Part shown: one piece after another, positions 58,076 through 64,000 of the stretch
Numbering within the stretch: the stretch's first letter is position 1
Layout: the number at the start of each line of letters is the position of its first letter
From: the human T2T-CHM13v2.0 reference genome, Homo sapiens
Reading direction: 5' to 3' (one strand)
Assembly (NCBI RefSeq): GCF_009914755.1
Contig: NC_060938.1
DNA: 64,000 bases
Notes under the pieces: model-generated
Told to the model about the DNA's origin: nothing
The model's database searches: none
Seen by the model: only the letters and a program-made list of their open reading frames with translations
Position numbers and translations under genes: made by a program

Positions 58076-60899
58076 CAGGGATACCTGAGAGATATTGCTG
58101 GTTTGGTTCCAGACCACTACAATAAAGTGAATTTCACAATAAAGTGAGTCACAATTTTTTTGGTTTCCTAGTACATATAAAAGTTATGTTTATACTTTAC
58201 TGTGGTCTATTAAGTATGTAATAGCGTTATGGATAAAAAACACACATACCCTAATTTTTAAAAGTGTTAACGGTTATCTGAGCCTTTAACAAGATGTAAT
58301 CTTTTTGCCACTGGACAGTCTTGCCTCAATGTTGATGAGTGCTGACTGATCAGGGAATTGGTTGCTGACAGTTGCAATGAATGTGGCAATTTCTTAAAAT
58401 AAGACAATAATAAAATTTGCCACATCAATTGACTCCTTATTTCACAAACTATTTATTTGTAGTATATGATGCTATTCGACAGCATACAACCCAAATTAGA
58501 ACTTATTTCAAAATTGGAGCCAATCATCTTAAACCTTGCTGCTACTTTATCACCTACACTTATGGAATATTCTAAATCCTTTGTTGTCATTTCAACAGTG
58601 TTCACAGCATCCTCACCAGGAGGAGGTTCCATTCCCACCACCCCCCAAAGAAAACAGTTTATTTGCTCATTCATAAGAAACAACTTCTCATGTTTTAAAG
58701 TTTTGTCATGATATTGCAGCAATTCAGTCACATCTTCAGGACTCTCTTCTAATTCAAGATCTCTTGCTATTTCTACCACATTTGCAATTACCTTCTCCGT
58801 GGAAAGCCTTCTTCATGGGAAGTCTTCTCCATGTAAGTCTTGAACTCTTCAAAGTAATCCATGAGGACTGGAATCAGCTTCTTCCAAACTCCTGTTAATG
58901 TTGAGGTTTTGATCTCCTCCCATGAATCATAAATGTTCTTAGTGGCATCTAAAATGGCGAATTATTTCCTGCAAGTTTTAAGTTTACTTTGCCCAAATCC
59001 ATCAGAGAAATCATTGTCCCTATGGCAGCTATAGCCTTATAAAATTTCTTAAATAATAAGATTGAAAATGAAAATTACTCCTTGCTCCATGGGCTGCAGA
59101 ATGGATGTTAAATCAGCACACACGAAAGCAGCATTAATTGGATTGCACATCTCTGGCAGAGCTCTTGCATAACTAGGTTCATTGCCAATGAGCAGTAATG
59201 TTTTCAAATGAATCTTTTTTTTCTGAGCAGCAATTCTCAGCAGTGGTCTTCAAATATCCAGTAAACCATGCTGTAGACAAATGTGCTGTCATGCAAGCTT
59301 TGCTGTTCCATTTACAGAGCACAGGCAGAGTAGATTTATCGTAATTCATAAAGGCCTTGGATTTTTGGAATGGTAAATGAGCATTAGCCTCAACTTAAAA
59401 TCAACAGCTACATTAGCCTTTAACAGAAGAATCAGCCTGTTTTTTGAAGTTTTGAAATCAGACATTGGTTTCTCCTCTCTAGCTATCAAAATCCTAGACA
59501 GCGTCTTCTTCCAACAGAAAGCTGTTTCATCTATATTGAAAATCTGTTGTTTAGCATAGCCATCTTTATCAATGATCTTAGTCAGATATTCTGGATAACT
59601 TTCGGCAGCTTCTATATCAGCACTTGCTGCTTCACCTTGTAGTTTTATGTAATAAGAATGGCTTCTTTCTTTCAACCTCATGAACTAACCTCTGCTAGCT
59701 TCAAACTTTTATTCTGCAACTTTCTCTCCTCTCCCAGATTTCACAGAATTGAAGAGAGTTAGGGTCTTGCCCTGGATTAGGCTTTGGCTTAAGGGAATGT
59801 TGTAGCTGATTTGAACTTTTATCCAGATCCCTAAAACTTTCTCCATATCAGCAATAAAGATGGTTCACTTTGTTATCATTCATGAGTTCACTGGAGTAGC
59901 ACTTTTAATTTCCTTTGAGAACTTTTTCTTTGCATTCACAATTGACTAATTGTTTGGTGCAAGAGGACTAGCTTTCAGCCTGTCTCAGCTTTAGACATAC
60001 TTTCCTCACTAAGCTTAATCACTTCTGGCTTAAAAAACTTTTTTACAGACTTTATTGTTTGGGGCAGTTTTAAGTTCACAGCAAAATTGAGCAGGAAGTA
60101 CAAGAGTTCCCGTGTGCCCTCTGATGCCACATACAGTCTCCCCCACCCTTAACAACCTGAACCAGAGTGGTACATTCGTTACCGCTGGTGAACCTACATT
60201 GCACATTATTATCTCCCCAAATTTGTAGTTTACATTAGGATTTACTCTTGATGTTATACATGCTATGGGTTTTGACAAATGTGTTATGTATTTCTAAGTA
60301 TAGTAGATAAGAATTGTTTCAATACCCTGCAAATTCTCCGTACTTCTCTTATTTCTTCATTTCTCCTTCTTCATTCAAACCCCTGGAAACCACTGAACCT
60401 TTAACTGTCTCCAGTTTTTTCTTAGTTTATTTCAAATAAAAGACATGCAACTTTTCCTTTTACTTGAACACTTAGAGGCTATTGCAAAGCTATTAATTGG
60501 CCTAAATCCAATATTGTTGTATCTCAAAGAATAGAGAGGCCTGAAGAGAAGGAGAGAGATGAGGGAAGAGTAGGTTGGTGGAGCCGTTAGAAACAACATT
60601 TATCAATTGTCTGCCATTCTACATGGGCACGGCTTGTGGTGCCCAAAAATAATGAAAATAGTAACATAAAAGATTACTGGTCACAGATCAAATAACGTGT
60701 AATAATAATAATAAAGTTTGAAATAAATATTTTGGGAATTACCAAAATGTGACACAGAGACATAAAGTGAGCACATGCTGTTGGAAAAATGGTGCCAATA
60801 GACTTGCTGGATCCAGGGTTGTCACAAACCCTCAGTTTATAAAACATTAAATAACTGCAAAGGACAATAAAGTGAAACACAATAAAAGAGGTATACATG
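58076..60899 (-). mobile_element. Tigger1 DNA transposon, near full length, decayed transposase
   Basis: TIRs TA|cagggatacctgagagatattgc... and ...aataaaagaggtatacatg|TA. ORFs 59346..59681 ([23 protein letters not shown], pogo-type DDE) and 58453..58779 (DVTELLQYHD, VEMTTKDLEY). Confidence 0.95.
60030..60420 (-). mobile_element. L1MC-like 3' end nested in Tigger1
   Basis: cagttttaagttcacagcaaaattgagcaggaagtac...cagagtggtacattcgttac...tagtttacattagg...tatgggttttgacaaatg. Tigger1 resumes near 60420. Confidence 0.8.
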
Positions 60900-60968
60900 T
60901 ATATTAAAAAGAAAAATTATTTTAAATAAATTTATATACTTTCATCCATGTATAATTTGCTCCTGATT

Positions 60969-60988
60969 TGTGTGTGTGTGTGTGTGTG
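60969..60988. repeat. (TG)n microsatellite
   Basis: Seen directly. Confidence 0.9.
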
Positions 60989-61498
60989 CTTTTTGTTTGT
61001 TTGTTTGCTTATTTAGTTTAGAACCATAGAAAAACCTTCATAAATTACTTCAGAGATGTAGAACAATGTAATTCTTCATTTTCTAAATCTTGTATTCCTT
61101 ATATATTGGGATAACATAATCTCAAGAAGTGCAGGTACAGAATACTATAATAATAAAAGGCAAAATAAAAAGTAATTAATTAGTATCTAATCTTTATATG
61201 TGAACAAATGAGTAAGAAAGTCAAGATCCATTGATAAGAGTATGATTTTATGGAATAAACAATAGAAAATGGAACTTCTACTTCTTCAAATGATTTGTAA
61301 TTACTGCATAGTAATTGTTTCAAAGTGATATAATATTTAAGCTAATCTCTGTGTTGATATATTTAAAATTATATGATCTCATATCATCAACTATTATCAC
61401 CAACTAATAGAAATAAGAAAATATTGGTGTTAACTGTGACTTATTTTTTAATTCTCTTTGTATATAAAGAACTTCTGGAACCTTTCTGAGTTGAGTAA

Positions 61499-62437
61499 AT
61501 GGATCTTAAAAATGGATCTCTAGTGACCGAGTTTATTTTACTAGGATTTTTTGGACGATGGGAACTTCAAATTTTCTTCTTTGTGACATTTTCCCTGATC
61601 TACGGTGCTACTGTGATGGGAAACATTCTCATTATGGTCACAGTGACATGTAGTTCAACCCTTCATTCTCCCTTGTACTTTCTCCTTGGAAATCTCTCTT
61701 TTTTGGACATGTGTCTCTCCACTGCCACAACACCCAAGATGATCATAGATTTGCTCACTGACCACAAGACCATCTCTGTGTGGGGCTGCGTGACCCAGAT
61801 GTTCTTCATGCACTTCTTTGGGGGTGCTGAGATGACTCTTCTGATAATCATGGCCTTTGACAGGTATGTAGCCATATGTAAACCCCTGCACTATAGGACA
61901 ATCATGAGCCACAAGCTGCTAAAGGGGTTTGCGATACTTTCATGGATAATTGGTTTTTTACACTCCATAAGCCAGATAGTTTTAACAATGAACTTGCCTT
62001 TCTGTGGCCACAATGTCATAAACAACATATTTTGTGATCTTCCCCTTGTGATCAAGCTTGCTTGCATTGAAACATACACCCTGGAATTATTTGTCATTGC
62101 TGACAGCGGGCTGCTCTCTTTCACCTGTTTCATCCTCTTGCTTGTTTCTTACATTGTCATCCTGGTCAGTGTACCAAAAAAATCATCACATGGGCTCTCC
62201 AAGGCGCTGTCCACATTGTCTGCCCACATCATTGTGGTCACTCTGTTCTTTGGACCTTGTATTTTTATCTATGTTTGGCCATTCAGTAGTTTGGCAAGCA
62301 ATAAAACTCTTGCCGTATTTTATACAGTTATCACACCCTTACTGAATCCGAGTATTTATACCCTGAGAAATAAGAAAATGCAAGAGGCCATAAGAAAATT
62401 ACGGTTCCAATATGTTAGTTCTGCACAGAATTTCTAG
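61499..62437 (+). CDS. OR4L1: Olfactory receptor 4L1 (312 aa, intact allele)
   Basis: MDLKNGSLVTEFILLG...LHSPLYFLL...MAFDRYVAICKPLHY...KALSTLSAH...PLLNPSIYTLRN; sequence recognised. Candidate acceptor ttctctttgtatataaAG at 61468-61469. Confidence 0.96.
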   Translation: MDLKNGSLVTEFILLGFFGRWELQIFFFVTFSLIYGATVMGNILIMVTVTCSSTLHSPLYFLLGNLSFLDMCLSTATTPKMIIDLLTDHKTISVWGCVTQMFFMHFFGGAEMTLLIIMAFDRYVAICKPLHYRTIMSHKLLKGFAILSWIIGFLHSISQIVLTMNLPFCGHNVINNIFCDLPLVIKLACIETYTLELFVIADSGLLSFTCFILLLVSYIVILVSVPKKSSHGLSKALSTLSAHIIVVTLFFGPCIFIYVWPFSSLASNKTLAVFYTVITPLLNPSIYTLRNKKMQEAIRKLRFQYVSSAQNF

Positions 62438-64000
62438 ATGTTAGCACTATATAATTAACTTTTAAATGCTACGATAAGATAGTTTGAATAGATTATGTAT
62501 AATGCATCATTTCACTTTTCTTATGTTATAATAATAACGCATAAAGACAATACTAAATTACTTTAAATTTTACATTTAAGACTTTTATAAACATAAGGAT
62601 AGAGATCTGCAGCAAAATAGACATAAAAATAGACAAATAAACATAAAAAGATTATTGAGGATTTTTATCATATACATTCAATATATTCATTAATAAAGAA
62701 ACAACTGTAAATGAATACATGAAGATATGAATATTATTAGAGGTTATTTTAATATATATTGATAATGTTATTCATAAATTTATACTATTATTAAATGAGG
62801 TATCATGAACAAGTCATGAATTAAATAATGTTAACAGAAAAAGCAATTCTAGTTTCTTGAATCAATGGAGGCAAAAAGTAAGAATGAGTCCACAAATTCA
62901 ACAGCACAGTGACTATAAGATGCCAGAGAAAAATGCCAATGGAACGACAATTTTAGTAGAACTACAAACGAACAGCCCTTTTTGAAACCAAATGCTCTGA
63001 GGAATATAAGTAAACACAGCTGACTTTCAAACTTCAATAAATAAAAATAAAAACAAAATCCTTTTTATTTTGTGTAATATACCATGTAGCTTTACCTTTT
63101 TAAGCGCTTTACATAAAATTACAGCTAAATTTTCCTCTGGTAGGATTCCAACCTTTATTGATTTATAAGCTAAATCTGATGTTTGTGCATGTTGGAGAGG
63201 GAAGTGAGAAGTGCATTCAAAATTTGAAATAGTATGCATTGATAATTAAGCTTATTTTCTCTTAATTAAAGACACCATCATTTCTTGCTTATGCTAGGTG
63301 AGCTTTGTAATTAATCCTAAATCAGTTACATAAATCCTTTCTTCCATTCAATGCATTCTCTATAAGCAGCCAGAGTTAGGTCATAAAAATGTAACTCTCA
63401 ATGTCATTTTCTGGATTAAAACTATTTTATGGCATGAAGACTTAGGTTCAAATTCTCAACTGGCCTTCATAATATGGCTTGCTTCTGGAATTTTGCTCCA
63501 ATCTATCCTTTTCCATAATAGTAGAGTTACACTGGCCTTCTTTCAAGTTGTTCAAAACACCAGACATCTTGTTAACTGACTTTTTCTAAACTCTTCCCTT
63601 TAGGTAAAAGAATCTTTCATCTCCTCTTCACCAAGGTAATAACCTCTCAGAAGACCCAGATGAAATATTATATTTTAGATCACTTTTCCTACATGTTCTT
63701 TGCCAGTTTAGATTTCTTTATTTTACTCATTTATGGCATGCTACAATTTCCATCCTTCTCATATATTATGGTAATAATTGCTTGTGTAATTATATGTTAA
63801 TATCTGCTTTGTCTTAGCCTATGAATTCTATAGATCTCTAATATCTAGCACAGATATTGATACATAGTAGTTCATACCTAATGAATAAAGAAAAGATGAA
63901 ATAACCATATTCTAGAATAATAATATTCAATTTAACCTACTACTATGGAGAACATGTATTCTTACTGTGAGATGTGATGTGTTAAAAATATTAGAAGTAC

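Noticed and set aside
58453-59681. Transposase ORFs as a domesticated TIGD-like gene
   Set aside because: Only short fragments remain, separated by stops and frameshifts inside a TIR-bounded Tigger1.

Overview
This is AT-rich, repeat-dense primate genomic DNA. I recognise the proteins as the human chr14q11.2 class II olfactory receptor family-4 cluster. It holds five OR loci: OR4Q2 (+; one extra T in a poly-T run splits an otherwise clean 313-aa frame), intact OR4K14 (-), intact OR4K13 (-), a heavily decayed OR4 pseudogene (+; probably OR4U1P) and intact OR4L1 (+). The rest is mostly transposon-derived: a 4.8-kb L1PA fused head-to-head with a second L1PA 3' end, older L1M/L1PA fragments, nine Alu-family copies, a near full-length Tigger1 with a nested L1, MER47A, MADE1, ERVL/MaLR remnants, MIRs and simple repeats. 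I find no evidence of a new protein-coding system. The best leads are structural or regulatory: (1) the two-tailed chimeric L1; (2) an antisense L1 fragment that appears to supply the OR4K14 splice acceptor; (3) a MADE1 hairpin just past the OR4K13 stop; (4) the homopolymer on/off switch in OR4Q2; (5) candidate upstream non-coding exons and promoters with O/E and homeodomain motifs. Repeat subfamily names and gene symbols come from my recall of consensus sequences, and boundaries of old repeats are approximate.
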